Translations under genes and position numbers: made by a program
The notes under the pieces: model-generated
Seen by the model: only the letters and a program-made list of their open reading frames with translations
Databases searched by the model: none
What the model was told of the DNA's origin: nothing
Shown here: positions 11,687-21,989 of the stretch, piece by piece
How positions within the stretch are numbered: the first letter of the stretch is position 1
Layout of the letters: every line of letters starts with the position of its first letter
NCBI GenBank assembly: GCA_963829055.1
Contig: CAWHHI010000012.1
Span: 1 to 64,000 of the forward strand
DNA length: 64,000 bases
Source: an uncultured Gemmatimonadaceae bacterium
GTDB taxonomy: Bacteria; Gemmatimonadota; Gemmatimonadetes; Gemmatimonadales; Gemmatimonadaceae
Direction: 5' to 3'

Positions 11687-12248
11687 CGCTTAGTCGACCC
11701 GGGCCGAGCGGCCGCCGACCTCGCGGTCGTGCGCCGGGGCGCCACCGCATGACGAGTCGTCGCGCCGGGTCGAGTCCGCGACGAGCCTCGTCCTCGACTA
11801 CTGAGCGCAGCGCGGGAGACAGCTCGGCCCGCGGGATCTCCTCGAACCCGAGTCGCGCGTAGAAGGGCATGTTCCAGGGAACCTCCCGGAACGTGGCCAG
11901 TGTGACGGGCAGATCGCCGCGCGCCTGAGCCCAGGCGCAGACCGCCGTCACGAGCCGAGTCCCGAGACCGCGACGGCCGTGGTCGGGATGGACGTCGAGC
12001 TCGTCGAGATGGACCGCGTTAGGCTCGACCACCACGACGTGCGCGAATCCCACCGGGGCGTCGCCCGCGAGGGCGACCCACAGCCGGCCCTCGCGTTGAG
12101 CATCCGACAGGACACGCTCGCTCGTCACCTCGTTCAGCACCGCCTCCGGGGCGTGCCCTCGGAGGAGCTGCGCCGCCGCGAGCTCGATCGACGCGATCAG
12201 GCGGAGATCCTGCGGTCGCGCGAGTGCGATCTCGTATTGGTCGCTCAT
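11664..12248 (-). CDS. GNAT N-acetyltransferase
   Basis: VHPDHGRRGLG; TFREVPWNMPFYARLGF. Confidence 0.85.
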   Translation of the reverse strand: MSDQYEIALARPQDLRLIASIELAAAQLLRGHAPEAVLNEVTSERVLSDAQREGRLWVALAGDAPVGFAHVVVVEPNAVHLDELDVHPDHGRRGLGTRLVTAVCAWAQARGDLPVTLATFREVPWNMPFYARLGFEEIPRAELSPALRSVVEDEARRGLDPARRLVMRWRPGARPRGRRPLGPGRLSVRCHRCH

Positions 12249-12253
12249 GGACG

Positions 12254-12730
12254 TTAGGCGACATCGATGATACGTGGCATGGCGCGCCTCATGTGGAGGA
12301 TCGGGAACGGTCGCCCGCCCGCGTCCGTGGCGGACCGGCCTACCTCGGTGAAGCCGAGTGCCGCATAGAACCCCACCGCGGCGCCGTTCTGTTCGTTGAC
12401 GTCCACCGCCAGCGGGCCGGCGGCAAGACGCTGTGCGTGCGCCACGAGCGCCTTCCCTGCGCCCTGGTGTCGGTGGTCCGGGTCGACGAACAAGCCCTCG
12501 ATCGTGTCGCGAGCGAACCCCAGAAAGCCCACGAGAGCGCCGGCGCCGGATTCCAGCACCCACCAGTCGGCGGCGTCGCTCGCCAACTCCTCGGCGACGA
12601 ACGGCCGGAGGGCGATGACATCTCGGTCCTCGAGAAAGTGATGGGTGGCGCGAACCGAGCGTTCCCAGAGCGCGAGCATCGGGTCGCGATCGTCGTCGCG
12701 CGCGCGTCGAACATGTGTGACATGTGACAT
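12254..12730 (-). CDS. GNAT acetyltransferase, YjaB-like
   Basis: WERSVRATHHFL; VDVNEQNGAAVGFY; GRPFPILHM. Confidence 0.85.
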   Translation of the reverse strand: MSHVTHVRRARDDDRDPMLALWERSVRATHHFLEDRDVIALRPFVAEELASDAADWWVLESGAGALVGFLGFARDTIEGLFVDPDHRHQGAGKALVAHAQRLAAGPLAVDVNEQNGAAVGFYAALGFTEVGRSATDAGGRPFPILHMRRAMPRIIDVA

Positions 12731-12742
12731 GAGTGACCCCGC

Positions 12743-13204
12743 TCATCTGCGCCTGGAGCGCAGCCAGCCGTCCACCGACAGCGCACCCGGCCCGCTAAGC
12801 GCGAGCGCCAGGAGCGCGCCGACGTACAGCAAGTTGATCTCGTAGCCCGGTGGCCCGAGTACCGGCCCGGTCGCCGTCAGACCGATCGTGTTGACCGCGC
12901 TGAACCCGTAGTGCACGTGGATCGTGAACATCGCGACGATCATCGAGCCGATGAGCGGAACGCTGGCGAGCAGGACCAGCACGCCCAACATGATGGCGAG
13001 GCCGCCTAACAATTCGACGCCGACCACGACCCGGGCCGTGATGCCGGGAGCCGGCACGCCGATGACCGTCAGCAACTTGGCGAACTTCTCAGGACCGCGG
13101 TTCCACTTCGCGATTCCATGGGCAAAGAAGCCGTACCCGACCACGAGTCGCAGCGGCAAGAGCGCCCACTGATGCGAGATTGCCGCGGTTGTCAATTTGT
13201 ACAT
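12743..13204 (-). CDS. DoxX family membrane protein
   Basis: LRLVVGYGFFAHGIAK, ELLGG, GYEINLLY, GPGALSVD. Confidence 0.9.
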   Translation of the reverse strand: MYKLTTAAISHQWALLPLRLVVGYGFFAHGIAKWNRGPEKFAKLLTVIGVPAPGITARVVVGVELLGGLAIMLGVLVLLASVPLIGSMIVAMFTIHVHYGFSAVNTIGLTATGPVLGPPGYEINLLYVGALLALALSGPGALSVDGWLRSRRR

Positions 13205-13417
13205 CCGAATTCCTCACCTGTGTGGGTGTCGCTCAGGACCGGTCGGCGCGCGGGTACACGGTGCCGACCCGCCGAGTTTCGGCACCAGCATCGCCGTAAT
13301 GCCGCGATGCGTTTCGGAGTTCCCATTTCCGCAATCCGGAGTGGGTCGCGGCGAACGGGCTGGTTCCGCGTGGTCCGATGGTCGGGTCGTTAGGCGACGT
13401 TCAACGGTGCGCACGCA

Positions 13418-13846
13418 TCATCGGGGTTGGTCCGTTCCTGCCGGTAACTCGGCCGGCCACGCCGCGTTCTGCAGCACGACGCGATATCCGTCGAGGTCCT
13501 CGAACGTGCGGCCGCGGACGTCCCAGTACGGGTTGCACGGAGACGACGCCGCGAAATCCCGCGCGCCATCATGCGCGCGCAGCGTCGCTTCCCATTCGGT
13601 CCGATCGGGTATGTAGAAGACGAGCAGATGGTCTTCGGTCGGCGCTCTTCCCACCTCGTGCCCGGTCGTGAAGTGAACTCGAGTGGAAGCGATCTTCCGC
13701 GCGACCGAGGATCACTCCGTCGAAGCCGTCGTGGTCGAGGAACTGCGGCGAGCACCAGGAGGCCCAGACCCCTGCGCGTACATCGCGGCAATCGCCGTCA
13801 GGTTATCGGTCGGCCGAGCGACGCGCAGAGTCAGACCGGGGTTCAC
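13418..13846 (-). CDS. VOC/glyoxalase family protein, YycE-like (frameshifted)
   Basis: LRVARPTDNL...DHDGFDGVILG...APTEDHLLVFY...NPYWDVRGRTFEDLDGYRVVLQN. Confidence 0.8.
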
Positions 13847-13861
13847 GGCAGTGGCCGCTGG

Positions 13862-14397
13862 TTAGGGAGTGCCGAGCTTCGCCAGCACCGCGTCAATGTC
13901 CTGCTCGTCGCCAACACCGGTGTACGCGACGCGACGATCCGGCCCCACGACGACAATGTAGGACGTGTGCGGCACGGCAAACGCCTTCATGGCGGCGCTC
14001 GAACGGTCGAACGTGAAGACGCCGGTCAGCTTCCGCTTGTCCACGTACGCCTTCTGCTTTTCGGGCGTCTGGTTGGCCGGGACGCCCACACTCACGAAGG
14101 TCACCTTTCCGGCGTACTTCTCGCGCGCGGCCTGGAGCGACGGCTCGAGCTTCCGGCACAGCGGGCACCACGTCGCCCAGAATTCCAGCACGACGGGCTG
14201 GCGTCCGTAGAAGTCCGCGATGTTCACCGGCTCCGCCATCGAGCCGCTCGACCACGGCGGTTGGAGCTTCTACGCCGACCTTGAGCCCGACGTCCCACAT
14301 CTGGATCTGCGCGGCGGCAGGTCGGAGCGGCACGATCACCGTCGTTAGGGCGGCAGCAACCGCGAACGCGACGCGGGAGATGAAACGTACGAGTCAT
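13862..14397 (-). CDS. TlpA-family thioredoxin-like disulfide reductase (frameshifted)
   Basis: VVLEFWATWCPLC motif; signal-like N-terminus; overlaps the upstream gene's stop. Confidence 0.85.
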
Positions 14398-15086
14398 ATC
14401 AGGAGCGTCCCCATCTGAACGAGGTAGTACTCGGCGACACCGAGCAGGATGAGAGCGAAGGCGCGTTTGACCCAGAGCATCCATGGGCCGGCGCGAGGAA
14501 GGCGGATCGTCGTGTCCGTGGCGAGCGCCGCCACGAGCAGCAGCGAGCACATGCCGACCGAGAACGCGAGCAGGTACGTGAAGCCGAGCAGCGCGCTTCG
14601 CGTTGCGGCAACCCACGTGAGGATAGCGGCCATCACCGGCGCCCCGCACGGTGCCGCGACGAGGCCCGAGACCAGGCCCATGACCAGCACACCCGTCACC
14701 TTCCCGCCGATGCCGGCGGACGCGGCGCGCGCGCGGAGTCGGGTCGGGAATGGGAACGGGGATCAGGTCGGCCATCATGGCGGCGGCCGCGAGCATCACG
14801 TTGGCCATCGCGAACTGCAGCCACGGATTCGTGCTCACCGAGCCGAACAGCGTACCGGTGAGGCCGGCGAGCGAGGCCGAGCGCCGCGTAGGCCGCCGCC
14901 AGGCCGATCACGTAGATGCCGACGAGACCAATGCGATGCCAACGACTCGCCCCGTCGCCCGTCGCCGACGATCGACACCGTGATCGGGATCATCGGGTAG
15001 AGACACGGCGTTAGGCTCGTCGCGACGCCGGCGACGAACACGGCGCCGGTGACGAGGATCGGGTTGGCGGAAAGATCGATCGACAT
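14394..15086 (-). CDS. ccdA: CcdA/DsbD transmembrane domain protein (frameshifted)
   Basis: AGVATSLTPCLYPMIPIT and LVAAPCGAPVM motifs; GPWMLWVKR. Confidence 0.8.
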
Positions 15087-15092
15087 GACCGC

Positions 15093-15121
15093 AACAAGCA
15101 CGCACCCGAGCACGAAGTTCC
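15093..15121 (-). promoter_or_regulatory. Candidate ECF sigma promoter of ccdA-tlpA (possibly leaderless)
   Basis: GGAAC-N17-GCTTGT ending a few nt before the ATG; matches sites at 16203 and 20294. Confidence 0.45.
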
Positions 15122-15399
15122 CAACACGTCACACTCGATTTTCTCGCCTCGACGCGCCTCCGCGAACGGTGTTCCGAGCACGACGCCATGGAACGTGGTG
15201 GACGTTCCATGAAACGTCGCGTCGGCCGTCACGGACGCCGACGCCAGAGACTAAGTGCGTTTCATGGAATGACATCCGGCACGACGTCGCGACGATGCGT
15301 GTCGTGCATGGCCCGTGCATTCCTGCGGCGCGCGAACTCGGCGAAGCGGTCAGCCGGGCTCGCAGCAGCCGACAGAACCGCTTTTCGGAGACTAATACC

Positions 15400-15900
15400 G
15401 TGTATCTCGCGCGCACTCATCCACCCGCGGACGACGAGCAGGCAGAGCCCGGACTGCTCCCGGGGCTGCTCACTCACCTCGACGCCGTCTATGGTTTCGC
15501 CCTCACGCTCACGGGCGACGCCGAACTCGCCGCGGACCTGACAGAGGACGTCTTCGCCAGCACGCGCGATGAGCTCTGGGCGACGTTAGGCGGGCACGGT
15601 CTGCGCGACCGCCTGCTCGCCCGATGCGTCTCGGTGTTCGCCGATTCCTTCTCCTGGCGCGCAGGTCCAGCGCGTGCGACCACCGCCGACCCGGCGCCAA
15701 ACCCGAGCGGCTTTGTCGCGCTGCTGCGCGGCCTGCCATGGAACGAGCGAGCGGTGATCGCACTCGTCGACCAGCTCGGGCTGACCTACGCGTCGGGAGC
15801 GGCGGTGATGGGTATCGACCGAGCCGAGTTCCGCACGCTGCTACATCGAGGGCGCGCCGTGCTCTTCGTCATTCCGAGCGAACGAAGTGGGTCGAAATGA
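15400..15900 (+). CDS. Divergent ECF sigma-factor-like protein
   Basis: LDAVYGFALTLTGDAELAADLTEDVF (region 2-like) and LPWNERAVIAL...GLTY...LLHRGR (region 4-like); start uncertain. Confidence 0.6.
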   Translation: MYLARTHPPADDEQAEPGLLPGLLTHLDAVYGFALTLTGDAELAADLTEDVFASTRDELWATLGGHGLRDRLLARCVSVFADSFSWRAGPARATTADPAPNPSGFVALLRGLPWNERAVIALVDQLGLTYASGAAVMGIDRAEFRTLLHRGRAVLFVIPSERSGSK

Positions 15901-15901
15901 C
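15868..15901. repeat. Collapsed GTCAT..ATGAC REP-like element
   Basis: GTCATTCCGAGCGAACGAAGTGGGTCGAAATGAC; same family as 16832, 20112 and 62727. Confidence 0.55.
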
Positions 15902-16232
15902 GACCCTCCGCACGATCGGTCTGCTCGCCGCGATCGGCCGGCGCACGGGTGTCGCCAACATCCTCGGCTTCAAGTTCTCGGGCTTCTTCGCCTGGTGGCT
16001 CTGGCGCACGATCTACCTCGCGAAGCTGCCACGCCTCGAGAAGAAGGTGCGCGTCGCGCTCGACTGGACGCTCGACATCCTGTTCGCGAAGGACCTCGTG
16101 CAGTTCCGGACGCATCGCGCGCCCACGATCTCCCGCCGCGAGACGATGACGTTCATGCGCGATGACCGCCATGTCGAGCGGACCCAGCGCAGCGACGAGA
16201 TGGGAACCATTCCGACGGCGATGAGCTTATAG
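15902..16232 (+). pseudogene. C-terminal fragment of type II NADH dehydrogenase
   Basis: GLLAAIGRRTGVA...FSGFFAWWLWRTIYLAKLP...KKVRVALDWTLD. Confidence 0.8.
16203..16230 (+). promoter_or_regulatory. Candidate ECF sigma promoter of DM13 gene
   Basis: GGAAC-N17-GCTTAT about 80 nt upstream of the start. Confidence 0.5.
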
Positions 16233-16307
16233 CCCGCGACGGCAATTATCGCCGGACAATCACTGCCTAACGTCTCAGATCGGTCTACAGGACAGAGGAG
16301 ATTCACC

Positions 16308-16811
16308 ATGCGCAAACGCAACGCCATCATTGGACTCGCCATCGTCGCCGTCGTCGGCGGCTGGTACGCCTTCCGCCCCGAGCGGCTGTTCGTGAACAAG
16401 ACCGTCAACGAATCCCTCGGCTCCGTTACGGCTCCGGCCGGATCCGCGCCGGCGGCCACCGCCGCCCCGGCCACGCTCGCGATGGGCAGCTTCCACAGCA
16501 ACGCGCATGACACGCGCGGCATCGCCGCCGTGATCGACGTCGGTGGCGGCCACCGCGTGCTCAGGCTCACGAACTTCGCGACGTCGAATGGACCTGACGT
16601 TCGCGTCTACCTCGTCGCCGCCGCGGACGTGCAGGACAACGCGACGGTCAAGAGCGCGGGCTTCGTCGAGCTCGGCCCGATGAAGGGCAACATCGGCGAT
16701 CAGAACTACGAGATCCCGTCGACGGTCGATCTCGCGAACTACCGGACGGTCACCGTCTGGTGCAATCGCTTCAGCGTCAACTTCGGCAGCGCCCCGCTCG
16801 CGAAGAGCTAG
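16308..16811 (+). CDS. Secreted/anchored DM13 domain protein
   Basis: GAGGAG RBS; FRPERLFVNKTVNE; NGPDVRVYL; KGNIGDQNYEIP; VWCNRFSVNFG. Confidence 0.9.
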   Translation: MRKRNAIIGLAIVAVVGGWYAFRPERLFVNKTVNESLGSVTAPAGSAPAATAAPATLAMGSFHSNAHDTRGIAAVIDVGGGHRVLRLTNFATSNGPDVRVYLVAAADVQDNATVKSAGFVELGPMKGNIGDQNYEIPSTVDLANYRTVTVWCNRFSVNFGSAPLAKS

Positions 16812-16831
16812 GCTGTCTTTCCGAACGGTTG

Positions 16832-16866
16832 GTCATTCCGAGCGAGCGAAGCGAGTCGAGGAATCG
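16832..16866 (+). repeat. Half REP-like element
   Basis: GTCATTCCGAGCGAGCGAAGCGAGTCGAGGAATCG. Confidence 0.55.
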
Positions 16867-16869
16867 AGG

Positions 16870-16990
16870 CTGTGTACCGCTGTTCACGCCGGGCAAGCCG
16901 GATCGCGGCCAGGGCCTCGAGCGGCTCGCCGAAGACGGCAACCCCGGCGTCCTCGCCGACTACATCTCGGCCAACATGAAGAGTGTCGTC
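16870..16990 (+). pseudogene. Fragment resembling a bacterial spondin-domain protein
   Basis: PLFTPGKPDRGQGLERLAEDGNPGVLA; recognised from memory only. Confidence 0.4.
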
Positions 16991-17160
16991 CACAGCGGCA
17001 TCGTCACCGTTATCCGTCGGTCAGCGAGGTCGTTCGGGTGTCCGTGATGCCGACGGCCGCCACCGCTTCCGCCAGATAGCGCCGCACCCCGAGTGGGGCC
17101 GACATCGGCGGCCCCGCTGCTCGTTACCTAACGCCAGCCACACGCGAGGCCAGCGGAACC

Positions 17161-18140
17161 ATGCTCGGATCGATCGCAGCACGCCATTGTCGGTGGAAGC
17201 CGCAACCGAGCTGCGCGATGCGCTCAGCCGACGCCAGAAGGAGCTCCCTGCGCGGTGGCTCGCGACGCTGGACGCAGCGACGCTGCGCGAAGGCGGTGCA
17301 GCCAGTGACGGGGCACGAGCTCGAGCCGGATCGAGCGTACTCGGTCTCGCACTGTTGCGCGATCAACTGGCGACGCGCGCCCGCGCGGCGTCGTCTGCAT
17401 TCATCCGAGTGCGTCCGCCGCGAACGCTCGACCTGGCCGACGCGCTATGCCAGCGCGGCTCCGTCACGTCGATCGCCGCCGCGGAGCTCGACCCGAAGCT
17501 CGCCGTCGAGAATGATCGAGCGCGAATCACACCAGCGGGGCATCCGTCGAGTCGTGCTCCGCGGTCGCCTGCGATTGCACGATCGACCTCCCGCTGCCCC
17601 GACCCATTCCCACGTCCCCGCGTGTACCTCTGCTCTCGGCAACGTCCTCGGCGCCACGACGGCCGTCGGCGCCGTCAGGCTCCTCCGCGTCGTTCGCACG
17701 ACGATGAATCCGGGCGACAGCCTCATCCTCGGACTCGATGCGCGACGCCACGAGACCGCGCAGTCGCCTGCGGTCGCTGCGGACGTCACGGAATTCGACG
17801 ACCGCCGCCGCCCGCGATCTTCCGCGCGCTCGAGCTGGTCAATGCGACGGTCGGCGCGGGCTTCGACCCGGGCCGCTTCGATTTTCGCCCGGCATTCGAC
17901 GCCGAGAACTAGCCGTCTCGAGACCCACCTGGTGGCGCGCCGGGCGTTACGAGGTCGAGGATTCCCGGTGTCTGCGACGTTCGCTTCAAGAAGGGGGAGT
18001 CGATTCGGACGTCGGTCAGCAGCACGTTCGACGGAACGCGTGTGTCGGCCATGCTCACCGGGGTTGGCCTGACGCTCCGCCAGTGGACGACCGACCCCGA
18101 GTCGCGAGTCGTCGTCGCGCTCGCGAGCCCGGCCGCGTGA
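17161..18140 (+). CDS. Divergent EgtD-like (methyltransferase_33) protein (several frameshifts)
   Basis: DALSRRQKELP, LGNVLG, PGDSLILGLD, FDPGRF, RLETHLVARR, GESIRTSVS. Confidence 0.65.
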
Positions 18141-18218
18141 CGGTGCCGCCGTCTGTCGCCGTGATGGATTCGCAGCCGCGGTCCGAGGCATCGCAACCGC
18201 CCAACCACGGGCTGCTTG

Positions 18219-18246
18219 GGAACCTTGTGGGTGCTGCCGGCATTAC
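18219..18246 (+). promoter_or_regulatory. Candidate autoregulatory ECF promoter
   Basis: GGAAC-N19-TTA, same spacing as the other sites. Confidence 0.4.
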
Positions 18247-18297
18247 AGCCCGACGGAATCCTTCCCCGCCGGAGCGCAACGCCGCACCGTGCACGAC

Positions 18298-18969
18298 ATG
18301 TCTGACACATCCGACGCTTCGGACAACCTGATGGACGAGAATCTCGCTGGATGCCGCGACCGCGCAGGCGGCCGCGCCGCTTGGGTGCCGACGAGTTTCA
18401 GGCGCTGCTCGTCGGCGTGCTGCCATCGGCGTATCGGGTACGCGCTGCGGCTGACGCGCAATCGGGCGGACGCCGAGGACCTCGTGCAGGACGCCGCGCT
18501 TCGGGCGTTCCGGGCGATGGCGAATCGTTCGAGGCCGGGACGAACTTCAAGGCGTGGATCTTCCGGATTCTCACGCGCTGCTTCTGGGCCAATCACCGTC
18601 GCCGACAGCGCCGACCGAACACCGTCGATTTCGATGACACTCCGGACCTCTACCTCTACGCGCGATCGGCCGAGCACGGCCTTCAGTGGCAGGGGGAGGA
18701 TCCGGCGCGAGCGCTCATTGATCGCCTTGGCACGGAGCGCGTCGCGGAGGCGATCGGCCAGCTGCCCGAGGAGTACGGCGTCGTCTGCACGCTCTACTTC
18801 ATGGAGGATTTCGCCTACCACGAGATCGCGGACGTGCTCGAGGTCCCCGTCGGCACGGTTCGCTCGCGGCTGCATCGCGGGCGGAAGATGCTGCAGAAGG
18901 CGCTGTGGTGCCTCGCAGAGGAGTCGGGGATCGTGACCGAGCTGTCGCAGCGGGAGGGCGACCGCATGA
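18298..18969 (+). CDS. ECF sigma factor, SigH/SigR-like (frameshifted)
   Basis: ALRLTRNRADAEDLVQD, GTNFKAWIFRIL, YHEIADVLEVPVGTVRSRLHRGR. Confidence 0.9.
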
Positions 18970-19212
18970 CGCACCTCAACCGCTATACCTGCGAGGAGGC
19001 GTTCCGCCGTCTCGACGACTACCTGGACCGCGAGCTGTCCGCCGAGGAGATGACGCTCGTGCGCGAGCACCTCGAGATCTGCGCCGGGTGCGCGCGGGAG
19101 TTCAACTTCGAGGCGAGCGTGCTCAGCGGCGTGAAGCGACAAGCTGCGCCAGATCGATCTGCCGGAGTCGTTGCAGGCGAGGATTCTCGGGGTGCTCGAC
19201 AAGGAACGTTAG
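18966..19212 (+). CDS. Zinc-binding anti-sigma factor (zf-HC2, RsrA-like)
   Basis: TCEEAFRRLDDYLDRELS...EHLEICAGC (HxxxCxxC); short and soluble. Confidence 0.85.
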
Positions 19213-19228
19213 GCGCGGGATTGAGCGT

Positions 19229-20062
19229 TTAGCGCAGCTGAACAGTGCACGCAGGGCCGGGATATCCGACTCGCGGAGCCCGCACTGCTCCAGGAGCTCG
19301 ATAGGCAACGCGGCGAGGCTGTTCGCGCAGCGTGTGCACGTCGATCGACGACGGGTCGCCGAAGCGCAGGCGATCGAGCCCGCTCGCCGATTCGATTCCA
19401 ACGGCCCGGGCGAGCGACGTCTTCGACCACAGCGTGTCCGTGAAATCAGCGCCCGCTACGCGCACCCCGTTCAGTGTCGCCAGCGTCAGGTCCGCGCCGT
19501 CGAGGATCGCTCCGTCGAGGTTCGCCCCCGTGAGCATCGCGCCGACGAGCGACGCGTAGCTGAGGCGAGCGCCGCTCAGGTTCGCGGCGAGCGAGCGACG
19601 CGTCCGTGAGCTCGGCCCCCGAGAGATCGGCGCCCGAGAGATTGCACCGCGTTAGGTCCGCTCGCCGCAGGATCGCGTTGGTGAAGTCGGACCCGTTCAG
19701 GTTCGAGTTCTTGAGCGTGACGCGCGTCATGTCCGCGCCGCGGAAGTCGATCCCGACGACGCCGCGATGTCGCCTTGTTCATGCGCCTGCATGCGGGCGT
19801 CATCGAGCAGCGCGCCGGCGAAGCACGACCCGGCGCTGTCGGAGAGCGTGGCGTCGGCGCCGGTGAGCGTCGCGTCGTCGAAGCGCGCTCCGCGCAGGTC
19901 GGCGTTGCAGAGATCGGCGTGTCGCAGGTTGGCGCCGCGCACGTCGGCGCCGTTGAGATTCGCGTAGGCGAGCATGGCGCGCGCGAGCTCCGCCCCGGCG
20001 AGCGAATCGCCTGCGATCTCCGCGAGCACTACTCCGCTCTCGCGATGCCGTATGACGTTCAT
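19229..20062 (-). CDS. Pentapeptide repeat protein (frameshifted)
   Basis: A(D/N)LxG repeats across ORFs 19727, 19446 and 19229. Confidence 0.85.
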
Positions 20063-20111
20063 GGTCTCAAAGCTAGACCAAATTGTCGTTAGAGTCGATT
20101 TCCCTCCGGTG

Positions 20112-20217
20112 TGTCATCCCGAGGAGCGCCAGCGACGAGGGACCTTCTGTGAAGTGCTCGTGGCCAGACGGCTACGATGACGTCGCACAAGGTCCCTCGC
20201 TGGCGCTCGGGATGACA
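20112..20217. repeat. REP-like/MITE-like palindromic element, copy 1
   Basis: TGTCATCCCGAG...CTCGGGATGACA terminal inverted repeats; near-identical to 62727-62838. Confidence 0.8.
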
Positions 20218-20293
20218 ACGCCTTTTCCCGCCATCCGCCTTCCGCCTTCCGCCCGTCCGCCTTCCGCACGGCCTCCTTCCTTCGGCCTCGTTT

Positions 20294-20321
20294 GGAACTC
20301 TCCGCCTCGAGTCGCGCTTAT
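20294..20321 (+). promoter_or_regulatory. Candidate ECF sigma promoter of beta-propeller gene
   Basis: GGAAC-N17-GCTTAT about 65 nt upstream of the start. Confidence 0.5.
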
Positions 20322-20384
20322 GACGCGCGGCAACGGATGTGTTGCCAGCCAAATCACTCGACACCACACCTGGAGATTCCGTCA

Positions 20385-21532
20385 ATGCAGCTCCGCTCGA
20401 TCCTCGCCGCCGCGGGCGCTGTCGCCCTCGCCGCGTGCTCCGATGTCCAGCCCACCGCTCCGATCACCACACCGAACGCGCCGAGCCTCTCGCAGTCCGA
20501 CAACGCGCCAGGGCGGCGTCTTCGTCTCGACGAACGGCCTGAGTGGGAACGCCGTCGTTGCATTCGCGCGCAATGCGAATGGCTCCCTCGCGTACACCGG
20601 CACGTTCGCCACCGGTGGAACCGGCATCGGCGGTGTCGCCGATCCGCTCGCGTCGCAGTTCGCGGTCGCGCTATCGTCGAACGCGCAATTCCTCGTGGTC
20701 GTCAATGCCGGCAGCAATGACGTCTCGTCGTTCGCGGTCGACGGTGGATCCCTCACGCTCGTCGATCGCGCCTCGTCAGGCGGTGTACGTCCCGTGAGCG
20801 TCGCGATCTCCAACGGCATCGTCTACGCGCTGAATACCATCAGCAACACGATCGGGGTCATCGCGATCGGCAACGATGGCTCGCTGACCGCGCTGCCCGG
20901 CCTGACGAAGCCGCTTGCCGCTGGCGCCAACGGCGCCGCCGAAGTGCGGGTCGATCCGACGGGCCACATCCTGATTGTGTCGGAGCGCGTCAGCAACCGA
21001 CTCGAGTCGTACGCAGATCGGGAACGACGGTGCGCTCGGCAACGCCGTCGTCACACCGGCGGCCGGCACAACGCCGTTCGGCTTCGACTTCGCGACGCGT
21101 GGCAAGGTGGTCGTGTCGGAAGCGGCCAGCGGATCCGCGTCGTCGTACGATATCGGCAGCAATGGCTCGTTGGCGGTCGTCTCCGCCGCGGCGCCGACGC
21201 TCCAGCGCGCGCCGTGCTGGCTCATCGTCAACAACAGCGGTCGCTTCGCCTACACGGCGAACGCGGGCAGCGCGACGATCACCGGCTTCGGCATCGACGC
21301 GCAGGGCACCCTGACGCGCCTCGCCAGCACGGGCGTGAGCGGAGACCTCGGCGCTGGCGCCCAGCCGCTCGACCTCGACATGAGCCGCAACGGCAACTTC
21401 CTGTACGTCATGAAGAACGGCACGGGTACGGTCGGTGCCTTCTCGGTCGCCGGCGATGGCAGCCTAACGCCAATGTCGGACACGCCCGGGCTCGTGGCGC
21501 GTGCTGGCTACATGGGCCTCGCCGCCTACTGA
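20385..21532 (+). CDS. Lactonase-family beta-propeller lipoprotein (frameshifted)
   Basis: Lipobox LAAC; VNAGSNDVSSF, PFGFDF, APCWL, FAYTANAGS. Confidence 0.8.
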
Positions 21533-21989
21533 GAGACTCCGCCGCGCGAACGTGCGGCTCTGAGCGCACGAGTCTGTTGAGGGCTCGGGACGTCGTCGCC
21601 ATGCGACTGACGTCTCGGGCCGCAAGCATCACCGGCCGACGCGTGGGGGTGCGCGTCGCTGCTCGCCCCATCCCGCGCGCGTATCGCTCTGTCACTGCTC
21701 CGTTGCGCGCAGGCGGAGGCGTGCCGCACCTAGTCGATCGGTGACGACACTCGAGCGTTCCATTCTAGGGGCGGCATGGTGGAATGATCACGGCGCGACT
21801 GGCAGATGCCCTTACGCAAGGACGAGATGGCCACCTCCCTGGCACTAGCGAGCGGATCATGCCCAGGCCCGGGACTCGTCGCGTCTCATCGTCGGCGTTC
21901 GTGTCACTCGGCCTTAGGGAATCCCTGGCACTAGCCCGACTGGGTTCGGTGTCATCGACTTTGCACGCGCCGGGGGACGCCCGACCGCG

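Noticed and set aside
18351..19232. Sigma/anti-sigma fusion
   Set aside because: GCATGA at 18964-18969 is the usual overlapping stop/start; one indel explains the read-through
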